Under the pieces are notes generated by a model. That model searched no databases. It saw nothing but the letters and a program-made list of their open reading frames with translations, and had not been told where the DNA came from. A stretch of DNA of 64,000 bases, from positions 3,286,001 through 3,350,000 of the forward strand of contig OZ361260.1 of the NCBI GenBank assembly GCA_977018835.1. The letters are read 5' to 3'. The translations under genes and the position numbers were made by a program. This stretch comes from Minutocellus sp. GHC0000111 (taxonomy: Eukaryota). Shown here piece after piece: positions 10,585 through 22,017 of the stretch (positions are counted from its first letter, which is position 1; each line of letters starts with the position of its first letter).

Positions 10585-13500
10585 TCAATGCTCCTTGTCT
10601 TGCATGTCAGGCGGAACAGTGCTCGCCTTGTCTTGCAACGATTCCTCCTTTAATTTGTGCATCTTTTCCTTGCGCTTCTTTTCCCTCTGCTCCTTGGCCA
10701 TACGCAATCTCTTTGCAAATTCATCGGGCTTCACTTTAATCGTCATCGACTTGTCTCCTCGTATGATCTTGAAGTCGATTGGGGTGCCGACCTCGGCGCT
10801 GTCAATCAGTTTATATGCTTCAACTGCTTTGCTGACTTTCTTGTTTCCGATTTGAGTGATAACATCGGCTCGTCGTAATCCCGCAGCCGAAGCCGGAGTG
10901 TCATCGAAAATGTGCAAAACAATAACGCCATTCGCCTCGGGGATTACCCCGTAGTTGGAGTTGGGATCCGCATTTTTCTCTCGCGCAAATTCTGGTGTGA
11001 GCGTAGCGGTATAAATGCCAACATAGCCGTGACTAATCTGTTTGCCCTCGGCTAAATCATGCATGATACTCTTGACCTTGTTGGTTGGCACCGCGAAAGA
11101 TGTGCCTTCCATATTATAGCGCATGCAAGTGTTGATCCCAATGACTTTTCCAGATAGGACGTCGACAAGTGGACCACCGGAGTTACCCATGTTGATTGCC
11201 GCATCGGTTTGAATGAATTCTACCTTCTTGTCATAGAGTCCAACCTCTTCGCTTGATCGCTTGAGTCCACTGACGATGCCCATAGTTACGGTATTGTCCA
11301 GCCCACCCGGACTGCCAATTGCAACTACAAAGTTCCCGACTTCAAGACTATCACTATCGGCAAGCTCAGCAACAGGTAGCTTTCCGTTGAATTCATCTTT
11401 TGTTGATGCAGTCTTTTTGCCCTTTGCCGCAGTGGTGCCCTCATCGTTACGAATAATTTTCAGCACTGCAATATCAACGATTTCATCAGTTCCTTTCACT
11501 TCTGCAGGAAAGCGTCGGCCATCAGTCAGCGTTACATATACTCTGGTTGCGCCCTCTATCACATGTGCATTGGTGCAGATGAGCCCGTCCTCAGAAATGA
11601 TTATTCCAGAACCTTGACCTTGCTGAACATACTGCCATCGTTGGGGCTTCATCGGACTTGGTACGCCCCCAAATACTTCATCACCATCTTCTCCTTCCGC
11701 CTCATCGCCATCGTTTTGTCCATCAACACGAGGACCTACGTGCACTGCTCTTTCGATTTCAGTTTCAGTATCCACCCGAACGGTAGCTGGACCAACCTTA
11801 TGGACAGCTGCCGAAACACTGCTCATAGCATTGACCTGCTCAGTTTGCGTTTCTACTGCAGGGGTTTCCATGACGGCAGTTCAGCCGCCCACGATCGGTC
11901 TTGTCGCCAACGCATTTTTCAGCGCTTCTTCAGCGGCCCATCCATTCTGCTTACCCTTCCTCCCTGAATCTTCATTTTCTTGAAGACCTTCGTCATTACT
12001 CTTACGTTCATCTGCAGTGGACTTATCCTCAACGGCAAGGCCATCTTCTTTCGCATGGGCTTCAGCTCTAGCTCCATCCTTCTCCTCGCCGCCGTCGTTA
12101 CCCTCCTTAGCCATGACCTCCAGTTCATCAGAGCCTTCGCCTTCTACTTCGACATGTTCTGATTGAGTCACGTCAACTTCATCATCTGTCTGATCAATGG
12201 AATTATCTTGAATGCCTGCACCGCTTGCAGTCTCATCAAGGATCACTACTGAGGGATCATTACAATCGACAGATGTCTCCGTATCATCAATGGGCGTAGT
12301 ACTCGATGTGACAGAGAGATCGACTTCGTCTACCTCTGTAGCACTGCTACGAGCATCCCATGCTTCTCGTGCCCTCCCAGCGGCAGATAGCGCATTTACC
12401 AGCCCCTTCTTACCGCCAGCTGCCCCACGAGCAGCGACTTCTCTAACACCGTCCCACAATTCGTCGCCCCTCGGAAGACCGGCAACCGCCACACCCGTGA
12501 TGCCGCCTGCGTCATCCTCTACGACCTCAAGATATGGCAATGTAGCAATCGCTAGGACTGCGAATGCAATCAGTTTGGACCTTTTCTTTGCCCCCATGAG
12601 AATCTTTGTTATTCGCGTTCGATTCTTCGTTTCCACAACGACGGCCAGTCCCTCCTCTTCCGTGGCCTTCGTTTCATTTGCGGGCACGGCAGTATCGTTG
12701 GTTTCGGAGACGAAATTTGTTGAACTATCGGGGGCAACATCCCCTTCCAAAGCTGGATTTTCCTCTTCATTTCCGCTTTCCTCAATGTTGGCGTCCTCTT
12801 CTACAGTTGCATTTACATCTGGTTTGACTGGAATTTCTTCAACGATCTCTGTTGTTTCCGAGACCGGCTCCATTGCAGCATCAGACTTGGATGCGTCGGC
12901 GGGTGAATCTTCATCCTCGATGGTGTCTTTTTCACCGCCCACAACATAGTCTGCATCTTCGTTGACTTTTGTTTGATTGGTACTGGCCGTATGCTTGACA
13001 CGCCTTCGGCCAAAGAATCGCAATCGGGAAAAGACGGAAGGACGCTCACCTTCGCTCTCTTCTTCGCCTTTTGTAGCACCGATTGGCTCCAGAACCTTTC
13101 CATTTTCTAGTTCTTTGTCCTCATCACTAAATGCAGAATTTGAATCAGATTTAGTCTCCGCCAATATTTCCGAGGCAGGACTGTCTGCTTCCGCAGTATC
13201 ATTTGAAGGCTTGACCGCCTCGATGATATCAGGTTGCGCTTGGGCATCCTCAACCTCTTCTATATCATCGACCTCATTCGGATCAATTTCAGAGCCGACT
13301 TCATCAATATTTGCGGTAGTATTTGCTTGTTTCTCGTCCAGATCGTTGGCCTCGGTTTGCCGGTATCTACTAACGGTGTCTTGCGCCACAGCCGACATCC
13401 CCACAACGTTCGCGCTTGCCTGCACAACGCCTCCCTCGAGGCCAGCAGGAGCAGAAGCATTCGCAGAATTTTCAAGGCCACCACCTTCACCTCCACCACC

Positions 13501-14202
13501 CTCCTCAAGTAGGGCATCTTCTGCCACGTCGTAAAGGTGAACCATTTTCTTCGCACCGTATCGAGCGGCGGACTTGGCAGTCCGAAACGCGAAGCGAAAG
13601 GTGGAACCCAGCGCCCGAAGGGCCATCTTCCTCTTTCGTCCCGTCACTGGTGGTTGGACACTGCCTTCTTCGCCCGACACTGGAAGAGGAATACTCGCTT
13701 CTGAGGCGACAATTTCCGTTGTGTTTTCACCTTTTGGTGCCCCCCATTCCTTATCATCCTTATCATCGGGCGGGCCAACATGGCCATCACTTTGGTCGTC
13801 ATCGCCATCATCCTCGGCATGATTGCGCCGATGCGCATGATGTCCCGGCAGCGCCGTCCGTGGTTTCCCCGCGGGTATACTGGCCTTATTAAAATCCCAC
13901 ACTGCCGCATCCTCTACATTATGTCGAGATATGCGAGGTGAAACCCCTCCGCCAACAGTGAAGGCATGGCACGCCCATGCTGATGCACCCGCATCCAGCT
14001 GGCGGTTGCGGGAGCCGCCATGGTCAGCAGGGTCGGAAAGGCTGAGACTCGGAGGGCCATCAAGGCCCAGCAGCGCCAGGATCAGAACCAGCGCGAACAT
14101 GAGGTGGGGTACAGAGGTCGCAACAAAGCGACGGGGTGGCGGCGGTCGCCGGTAGTAGCAGCAGCGGCGATGGGTACCGCTCGCCCCTGTACGGCATGTC
14201 AT
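10585..14202 (-). CDS. HtrA/DegP (trypsin + PDZ) serine protease with very long acidic N-terminal region; single in-frame TGA at 11881-11883
   Basis: 10585..11871 has GQGSG, TNAHV, DIAVLKI, TVTMGIVS, QTDAAINMGNSGGPL and a PDZ domain. The upstream 773-aa ORF (signal/transit peptide, acidic region, TM) is in the same frame: GGC TGA ACT GCC GTC ATG. Confidence 0.8.
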
Positions 14203-14361
14203 CGCCTCGAGCCATGATGTGCTCTCTTGTAACCTTTTTTTGGTTTTCCGCCTTTTCCCTTTTGTTTATCCTCATTGCCAAAAGCCGATAGCTACCCATT
14301 CAATGCCCTTGCTATGTGCTCTCGCCCTTGCCGGTAATATATTATTCCCTAACTTTAAAAA

Positions 14362-15878
14362 TTACACACACCCCTGACTTGAGCAATATTCATTGCATGC
14401 TCTGTTCTCGAATAGGCTGTATCCCTCGGTAATAACGTCATTCCTTTTGCAAAAAGGGTGCAAGCGAATCCGTTGAACGGGCGGAGCACTGGCCAGGCAC
14501 TCAGGACTCCACATGTTTTCTCGCCCCAGCTTTTCGCTCCAATGGTCACCACCGCTTTGATTCCTCATTTCCTTTTGAAGACTGGATTCGCTCATAATTA
14601 TGCGCCCGTCCATGATCTGCTCAGGCATGTAGCTTTGATTGTACGGACTCAGCGCCCACGCAAGATGGAAGGACCAGAAACTCACATCGTAGGCGGAAAC
14701 AGCCGAACGTCGTGCTAGATTCTTGAGACTACGTACGATAGCATCTCGTATCACAGGATGACGCCGCTCATAGATCATCGCCCATTGGTGGGCGCATCCA
14801 TCAGGCAGCCACTTTATCTCACCACAAGCTTTCCCTGTGACTACGCTTCGATTGTCAAAGCCCCACGTTCGAAATGGCAAATGTCCTGCTCCCGTCCTTC
14901 TTAAACTGTGCGTCCATGTCGAAATATATGCCCCCAAATACATAGACTATGCACAACCTCCAAAAGTCAGCCTTGGCCGCACCTACCATCAAACATCGGT
15001 ATGATTCTAGTAGTCTCTCGCCGAACTCTTTCCGGATGAAGCTTTCAATCGCTTTGTCGTCAAACAAAAAATAGTTATATTCTGGATTGATCTCGGACCA
15101 TGCCGTCGCAGCACTGCACAGAGAAGGAGAGAGATCTAATGTTTCCCATGTCTGAAAGATGAATCGCGATATTCGCCCACTTTCAGCTTGATACGAGTTG
15201 CATTCCTTGCAAGGTATCCACCCTATACTCGTCGTAGTATTTGCCTGACACTCTGGTCCATCTGTTTGCGGTATGCTGTACCGCTCAGCTATTTCTTCTG
15301 CAGTTTCAGGAAGCTTGGAGTCTTTTGACAACCAGTTCCTTTCCGCAGATTCAAAATCAGAGAGCAAATCTTGAAAGTTTCCGTCTGTGTTGATCTTCGG
15401 TAGTGATAATTTTCCGGCGATGGGACCTCGAGCAGATTTCTTTGGAAGGACATTACCAGCGATGGGTGTGTTAGGCTCGTCATTTCTGCTGTTTCTTTTG
15501 CCTTCCCTCGCATCACCACTAGCATCATCATGACCCTGCAATAATAGCTGGCCAGAAGTGTTTAGTTAGAGGCGACGTGGTTCTACTAGTTCGGCCAAAT
15601 GTAACATTAAGAACTGGTGATGTATCCGCATCCCTCGCTCCTTCTTTGTCCTCCAGTTTTCCACCCCCTCTTCTAACCCTTACACCTGCAGTGCCATCAT
15701 CGCCATATATTGCGTGTGTTATGTACAATGTCGCGGCAAAAGCCGTCCAAGCCACGGACTGGATTGCCGTCTTCCGATGCCGGGGAGAAGGCGATCTTCC
15801 GCTGATGCTGTCATCTGCGTGTAGATCTGCATGCAGTGCATCGCCAGCAAGCGAATGCTTCTCACGACGCTTCATCAC
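14362..15878 (-). CDS. GT32/Och1-like DXD glycosyltransferase, frameshifted in this sequence
   Basis: Three overlapping ORFs: an N-terminal TM; ISRFIFQTW...WSEINPEYNYFLFDD...GAAKADFWRLCIVYVFGGIYFDMD; then AHQWAMIYERRHPVI. Confidence 0.75.
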
Positions 15879-15988
15879 CGCTTTTGCTTCGTATTGATAA
15901 TCATACTACGGAGCTGGAGCCGGTAGCGAACTCATTGTCTTCATCGCAGAAGTGGTCTCGAACTCTCGAACCTCGAACTCTCGAATGA

Positions 15989-17680
15989 ATGAAATCGAAA
16001 GATCGAAAGCCAATAATTATGCCCCGCTCCCTTTTTACTCTTCTCCCGTCCCCCCTCTGGTTCGATGCTGTTGCGTCTGCCCGTCTGTCCTTCACCCAGA
16101 GTGGCCTCGCGATCGCCTCATTTCTTCATTCAAAAGCCCAGTCGACGATGACGGCACCACAGCCGCTAGCAGCGCCAGCGCTACGCCGGCCAGCGTTGAT
16201 TCAGGTGTGCTCTTTAGTAATACTTTGCATCGCTCGCCAGACAGCAGCCTTCTCACCCACAGTAAAAATAGCGCAGACCACTGTTCTGCGCACTTCTCCA
16301 CCACCACTGTTTGCAGGTAAAGGATTTGGCAAGGCAGGAGCTGCATCGTCATCCTCCCCGCGAGATGAAGCCCTTGAAAAACTGCCATCCTGGTCAGACG
16401 ATAGCTCAGTGGTTCGAGGGAAGGGCATATCCATCGCTGCCAACTCAAACAATGTCGGCGGAGGAGACGGCGTTCGAATCAACCGCTCTGCCAAGGCTGG
16501 CGACGAAATCATGTCAATCCCTCGCAATGTAATTGTGTCATCTCAAGATGCCCAGGCATCCCTGACCAAGGAGGAAGTGGACATTGTGATGACCACCCTG
16601 ATGCCCGGCGGCTTGGACGCGTACGCAGGGGAATTCTTTCTAATGCTTCGACTTTTGTAGGAGGTGGCAGCATGCAAGGATGGGAGTGGTCAAAATAGTT
16701 GCAGTCTCAGTCCGTGGTTGGAATCACTTCCCACAGATTTCGACATGGGGATATACTTCGACGAATTAGAGCGCAGCTATTTGTCGCAATTGGCATCCAA
16801 GTTGCTGGACCTGCAAGAACGTCAGTTGGCAGCATTTCGCATGGCATGTGATGCGCTGGTAGATTACGACGGAAAGCATGCATCCCTGTTTGAGTCCGAG
16901 GGCAGAAAATATGCCGATGGCGACATTGTCAAGTGGGCATTCAGCGTCGTCTTCTCGCGGTCATGGCGCTCTCCGTCCAACCCAGATGATGCTCGTATCG
17001 TCCCCTTGGCAGATACCTTCAATCATGGAGAAGATGCAAATGTGATCGTGGAGGAGCCGGAGGGAGAAAACGGCATGACACAGGTAGTTCTGAAGACCGA
17101 CGTGGAAAGAGATACTGAGCTGAAGCTTTCATATGGTCCTGGCTACGATCCATCTCGATTTCTTATAATTTTTGGCTTCTTCGATGATACTGTGAGGGAA
17201 GTGTTTTGTGGCGTTGCCTTTACCGATCCATCAGAAGAGCTAATCAATCTTGGCGCAGTGGATCGAAGCGCGATGATTTATCGCGACGATGGGGCCATAT
17301 CTAATGCAGTCTGGGACTCAACGCTCTATGTTACGCTCGCACAAAAGCCGGATGAGCAGAAGGCCTTCTACGAAGCGAGAATAAACGACGACGCCGAAAC
17401 GTTCCAAGAACTTCATAGAAAATATAGGCTTGAAATTGCCTTAAGCCTCAAGAATCATGCGGAAGCCGTCAGACTGCAAACCGAATATCTTGTGCCTACC
17501 GACCAGGAGCTGTCCAAGATCAATGTGAAGGAGCACCCAAGGCTGTCGATGATTTTGAGACACAATCGTTTCATGAGAAAGGTATTTAGTAATGTAAAGG
17601 ATCGACTCGAGAAGCAAGTATTGCTTGAAGTCGAGAAACGAAGGGCAGAGTTGAAAGAGGAGGTCGAGAAGAAGGCTTAG
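15989..17680 (+). CDS. Plastid-targeted SET-domain (Rubisco LSMT/SETD3-like) methyltransferase with in-frame TAG at 16658-16660
   Basis: Two same-frame ORFs joined across TTG TAG GAG. Presequence QTAAFSP, AGKGFG, IMSIP, PWLESLP, KWAFSVVFSRS, IVPLADTFNHG, LSYG, FLIIFGF. Start probably 16148. Confidence 0.8.
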
Positions 17681-17825
17681 AGAGGTATTCCTTACATGTA
17701 ATTTAAGTTTTTCTTCAAGTAAAATTTATCGCATAGTAGTGCCCTCAACGCCAACTCATAGATGCCAGATTTGAAATACTTCAATAACAATAAATTGCCG
17801 TAAAGCTTTCCACGTGCAATAGAAA

Positions 17826-18098
17826 TCAGATGTCGTGACCCTCAGGCTGGGCGACGAAGTCCTTGATTATCTTTACAGCACCGGGGCACGAGTCATAAAC
17901 GGTGGAGGTATTCGCATCCTCGACGGCGTTTATCTTGATCACGAGAGCAAAAGCATCGGACTGATCCTGCTTCTTGGTCTTCTTGCCGGCAATCTCTTCC
18001 ACATCGACTACGATTTTGCGCTTCCTGCCTTTGTTATCCTTCTTTCTCGATTGTTGTGGCTGCAGAAGAATGGTGACTTGTCGAGCAGTGAATACCAT
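17826..18098 (-). pseudogene. Short remnant resembling a DUF7726-like N-terminal segment
   Basis: Basic tract followed by TVYDSCPGAVKIIKDFVAQP, reminiscent of the VYDtC..vr.kI..Fl motif; terminates early. Confidence 0.3.
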
Positions 18099-18323
18099 TG
18101 GAAAAGTAACGGTCGAATTTCCTAAAAAAAGTGGCCGTTTCTACCGACTGCCAACAGCACTTGTACTGGTCTTTGCAGGCAAACCGGCAACGGTCCTTCT
18201 CTTTGGGACTTTCCGGTGAAGATGTGTGTGAATCTGTGCCAGTCCCTCTAAGCACCAACGGAACACTCCCCAATGAGCATTCAGATCACCACCCCAAGTC
18301 CGTTAATTTATACCGATCGTTCC

Positions 18324-19193
18324 TTACACCAAATCTTTCTCTACATTTGCCATTTCTACCATCTCGGCCCTTCGTCGACGGTACTCTGGATCACTAGCCC
18401 AGCGCTCATAGTCGCTTGCCAAACCCTTCATAAAGGATCTGAGGAGGATATTGAGACTCAGTTGCATTGCCTTGTCACCCGTTGCCTCGATTGCTCGCTT
18501 TGGTATCGCACTGAACGGCCTGGGTACATCAACATCAACCTTTATCCGCGATCGGGCGTAGATTGTGCTCTCGCTTTCATCTTGTTGGTTACTTATGCCC
18601 TCATCATTGCTAATTGCTGTATCTTTAACTTTGTCAAGTGTGTCATCCCACGTAAGCTCCGACCATACGTTGAAAGAGAAGCGCTCATTCAATTTGACTT
18701 TGGCAATAAAAGGCGATCCCTTGAGGGTACACCTGTCTCCGGTAATGGCCACCTTGTTTTCCTCCAATACAACAAAGGCATGAACGACGGGTTGGACCTG
18801 CAACCAAAGGAATCGGACCGGTGGGACTACCAGTTCAAAATCCGATGTCGACCCTCCGGCCAGACGCGATAGTGTGGAATTAAGAGGCATCGGCACCAAG
18901 GCATACTGCTCGACGGGAAGTCTCATGTAGTTGCTCAGCCGCACCGCATCATCTTGAATGGCGAGCCGATTGGAAACCGGCACGCTGCACGTGCTCCGAA
19001 CTTTCACTTTTGTGTCGAGGTTGAAGGCGAAGGATCCAATTGGTGTGGTACATGATGCGACCAGAATTATTGTCAAAAGAAGCACGTGTGCAGGGGGATT
19101 GTAGGTAAGCAGTGATCTCCTTGAGATGTATGCTCTGTGGAAGTCAGTGTTGCACCGACGGTTTGGCATGTTGCCGCCGCTCCTTTCCGACAT
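18324..19193 (-). CDS. DUF1997 family (SRPBCC-like) protein, probably plastid-targeted
   Basis: LSNYMRLPVEQYA, PPVRFLWLQVQPVV, VDVDVPRPFSAIPKRAIEATG and LASDYERWASDPEYR. First in-frame ATG is at 19193 (the track start 19223 is GTG). Confidence 0.8.
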   Translation of the reverse strand: MSERSGGNMPNRRCNTDFHRAYISRRSLLTYNPPAHVLLLTIILVASCTTPIGSFAFNLDTKVKVRSTCSVPVSNRLAIQDDAVRLSNYMRLPVEQYALVPMPLNSTLSRLAGGSTSDFELVVPPVRFLWLQVQPVVHAFVVLEENKVAITGDRCTLKGSPFIAKVKLNERFSFNVWSELTWDDTLDKVKDTAISNDEGISNQQDESESTIYARSRIKVDVDVPRPFSAIPKRAIEATGDKAMQLSLNILLRSFMKGLASDYERWASDPEYRRRRAEMVEMANVEKDLV

Positions 19194-19265
19194 CTTCGTG
19201 ATGGGAAAATGGATCTTCTGCACTTTTGCCCGACGACGGGAAGACCTACCTATCTTCTACTAGTA

Positions 19266-21913
19266 CACAGCCCCATCTCGTCTTGTTTCGCCGGTCGGAT
19301 GAAGCGTTTTTCGGCAGAAGACGAACACGTCACGAAGAAACCCACCAAAACCCAATCTTGTTCGTCACCCACTCTTTGACCGTCCAACACCATGGTGGTC
19401 CGTCGGCGTTGCGCCGGCGTATAACTATATTTTCGTACCAAATACGCATTCATTATCATGTTTGGATATAGTTGAAGCTTACTGTATCCTCAGATTGGCC
19501 TCCGCTGCGTATCAACGCCACGAACCATCGGCCTACTTTTCCTCCATCTGTCGGCCGTTCGTTCGTTTCTCTGGGGTGGCACCATTGCTCCGTCTTTGTG
19601 CTCGTCGTGCTCCCGTTGTGATGCCCCAGACCCTCTGGTACTTTCCCACGTTGTTGTTGATGATAAACTGCCGGGATTGCGCCGCACCCCCCGTGTGACC
19701 GACTCTCGCTGATGATCCCGACCGATCGCATCCCCACTCTCGACCTCCCGGAATTCCGATGTTGCGCCCGAGGAGAGACAGATAGCATTGGGATAAGTTT
19801 ATGCAACAATCAACCCGACAAAGGGACTTTTTGGTCTGGGAGATAAATGGGTGAGTTAAGAAGGACGTGATGTGTTTGTTTGGGTGTGCTATTTACTTTT
19901 TTGCTCAATCGCGACACTGTTTGTAAAAGTTGGATTGTGCAATTCATTTGTCATTGTGTAGCAGCAGTGCAGTTTCATTTTCTAATTTTACACATGCCCT
20001 GCTCCCATCTCTACATCCTCATCTCCATCGGTGGCCATCATGATCATTTGTTGGCGCTTGTCATCAGTTTCTGCTTTAACAGCTTCTTCGGTCCTTGTCC
20101 TTTTCCTTGTTCTTTTGCCACCCGAGAGTTTCGCTCCCGCCTCTCCTCGACCTTTGGATTGGATGCCCTCTCCTCAGCCTTGAACTGTGCCGTCTGTTGG
20201 GCCTCATGTCCCTTGACGCCCTGAGTCCGACGATCTTCCTTAACGCCCTCTTGGTGGGCTCGCTCTACAAACGATTCGTCGAGCCAATAGATGCCGCCCC
20301 ATCCATTCTTCACTAGCCAAATGTGTTGGTCCAAGATGTGATCTTCGAGTAAGTGCCACTTGGGCGTTGTGCTAATGCCGATTGCCCGTGCTTGCTTGAG
20401 GGCACTTGCAATCAATGCTTCAAGCTCTCTCACAGCCTTCTTTGCCTCATCATCCCATTTCATGCACCATTTCAGAAACCTGGAACATGTTGCGCGTCAA
20501 GAGTGTGGAGCAAATTAGAGCAAGCTTTGCAGAGCTCTTTGATGTCGTCATCCGTCATGCCATCTTCCTCGCGATTGTGCTCTAGGAGAGTTCCTTTGGT
20601 GGAGGTGTCATGGTGGATGAACTCTATTGTCCTTGGTTTCTTTTCTTGTTGTTGCCATCAGAAATGTTAATAGATAAAAAGCTCTCCAGCATTCTGCCAG
20701 CACTGCCCTTATTTTACCTGAGTCGGCCGCCTCAATGCCGGCCTTTTTCAGGAAATGGAAGTGAGGGGCATCGTCATCCTCGGCATCATCGACAGCTCCC
20801 ATCTCTGGCTCGCCATCACCGTGCTTCTGACGATTCTTCTCAAAGCACTGCTGCTGCATGTGTGCTTCATGTGTAGCGTCCTCTCTCTTGCAACATCAGC
20901 TTCGTCCTCATAACAGGGCACATAGTCCTCGTCTTCGTCGTCATCGTCCTCACTGATCTCGCCGGCCTCCGTCGTGGTCAGGGTGCCCACCGTCCCAACA
21001 TCGTCGTCATTGTCCCACCCATCGTCCTGCTGGCCATCATGCCCACCAGGGAACTTCTGGGCCTCGAGCAACATCTGCCTGTTGATTTCGTAGTCCATCG
21101 CCGCACATCCCACCGACACATGTGGTGCGACCGACTTGAGGAATGCATTACATGCCTTCGTCAAATTGAGCCGCGGCGGCGGTGTTTCGAGGCGAAATTG
21201 TTGCTCGACCGTGTGACCATGTCAAAAGCCATCCATCCATCCATCCATCATCATGTGGAGAGCGTCGGATGCACGAGGATTGACAGAACCGAGGCGAACA
21301 AACATGCTCTTTTTGTATGGGGTTCGCTGAACGTCGTCGGCAAGGCAGTGTCTTGATACCATTTCATCCCATCCATTCTGGTTGTCTGTCCTCACAAAAA
21401 ACACATCGCAGCAGTCTTCGTGTTGTTTCTTCTTCTTCAAACCCAAGATGCCCGCAGCGTGCATGACGGCGCCGTACATGATGGGACTGCATCCCAACAC
21501 ATTCATCAAGGAGTCGTTGCTGTTGCCGATGAAATTGTAGTAATGAAGTTCCTTTCTGCGAAGACGGACGAGTAGTTCAGCCAGGGCGTCCTGCACCACC
21601 GCAATTGTTGCTCTGTCTGCGGTGTGTTGACCGCGGGATTGCGGCCGTTATTTTTTTTGCTCATGGAGAATTATGGATCGAGACCAACGGGAATATCACC
21701 AGGATGTCGGGAGTACCTGGTTGGTCTCGTGCCGTAATTCTCCCACACCAGCGCGAGACATCACCTTCGTTCTGCACGTAGCGGCGGCAATTTGAATTTT
21801 TGCCGCCATGGTGGCTCGCGTTGGGCGCGCCGGTCGGTTGCTTCGCGCGCCGGCCGGCCACCGAAAGTGCGACCAAAAGTATGCGAGTCATCCGGCTGGC
21901 AGATGGTGCTGTG
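19266..21913 (-). mobile_element. CACAG-ended DNA transposon, RAG1/Transib/Chapaev-related, copy 1 (non-autonomous, 2648 bp)
   Basis: Termini CACAGCCCCATCT (19266) and AGATGGTGCTGTG (21913); 4-bp TSD AGTA at 19262-19265 and 21914-21917; near-identical inverted copy at 37927-40613. Confidence 0.92.
20044..21599 (-). pseudogene. Internally deleted DDE transposase of copy 1
   Basis: Fragmented ORFs 21222..21599, 20748..21164, 20608..20859 and 20044..20463. The last carries TPKWHLLEDH...GGIYWLDESFVERAHQ. Confidence 0.75.
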
Positions 21914-22017
21914 AGTACCTAGGCTAGGCCTAATCTTTTGCTTGCGTACAATTCGTCGACACCACAATCGCATGAGATAAAGTCTCAGCTTCAACTTGGG
22001 CTCAAATTTCTGCAACG

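Noticed and set aside
16621..16660. 40-nt GT-AG intron removing the TAG in the SET gene
   Set aside because: Splicing it shifts the frame and deletes the conserved FLMLRLL helix.
19266..19360. Canonical RSS nonamer ACAAAAACC in the transposon ends
   Set aside because: Not present at 12 or 23 bp; the A-rich CCAAAACCC lies much further in and at only one end.
19261..21918. 5-bp (Transib/RAG-type) TSD
   Set aside because: Flanks match over exactly 4 bp in both copies (AGTA, GGCC) and not over 5.
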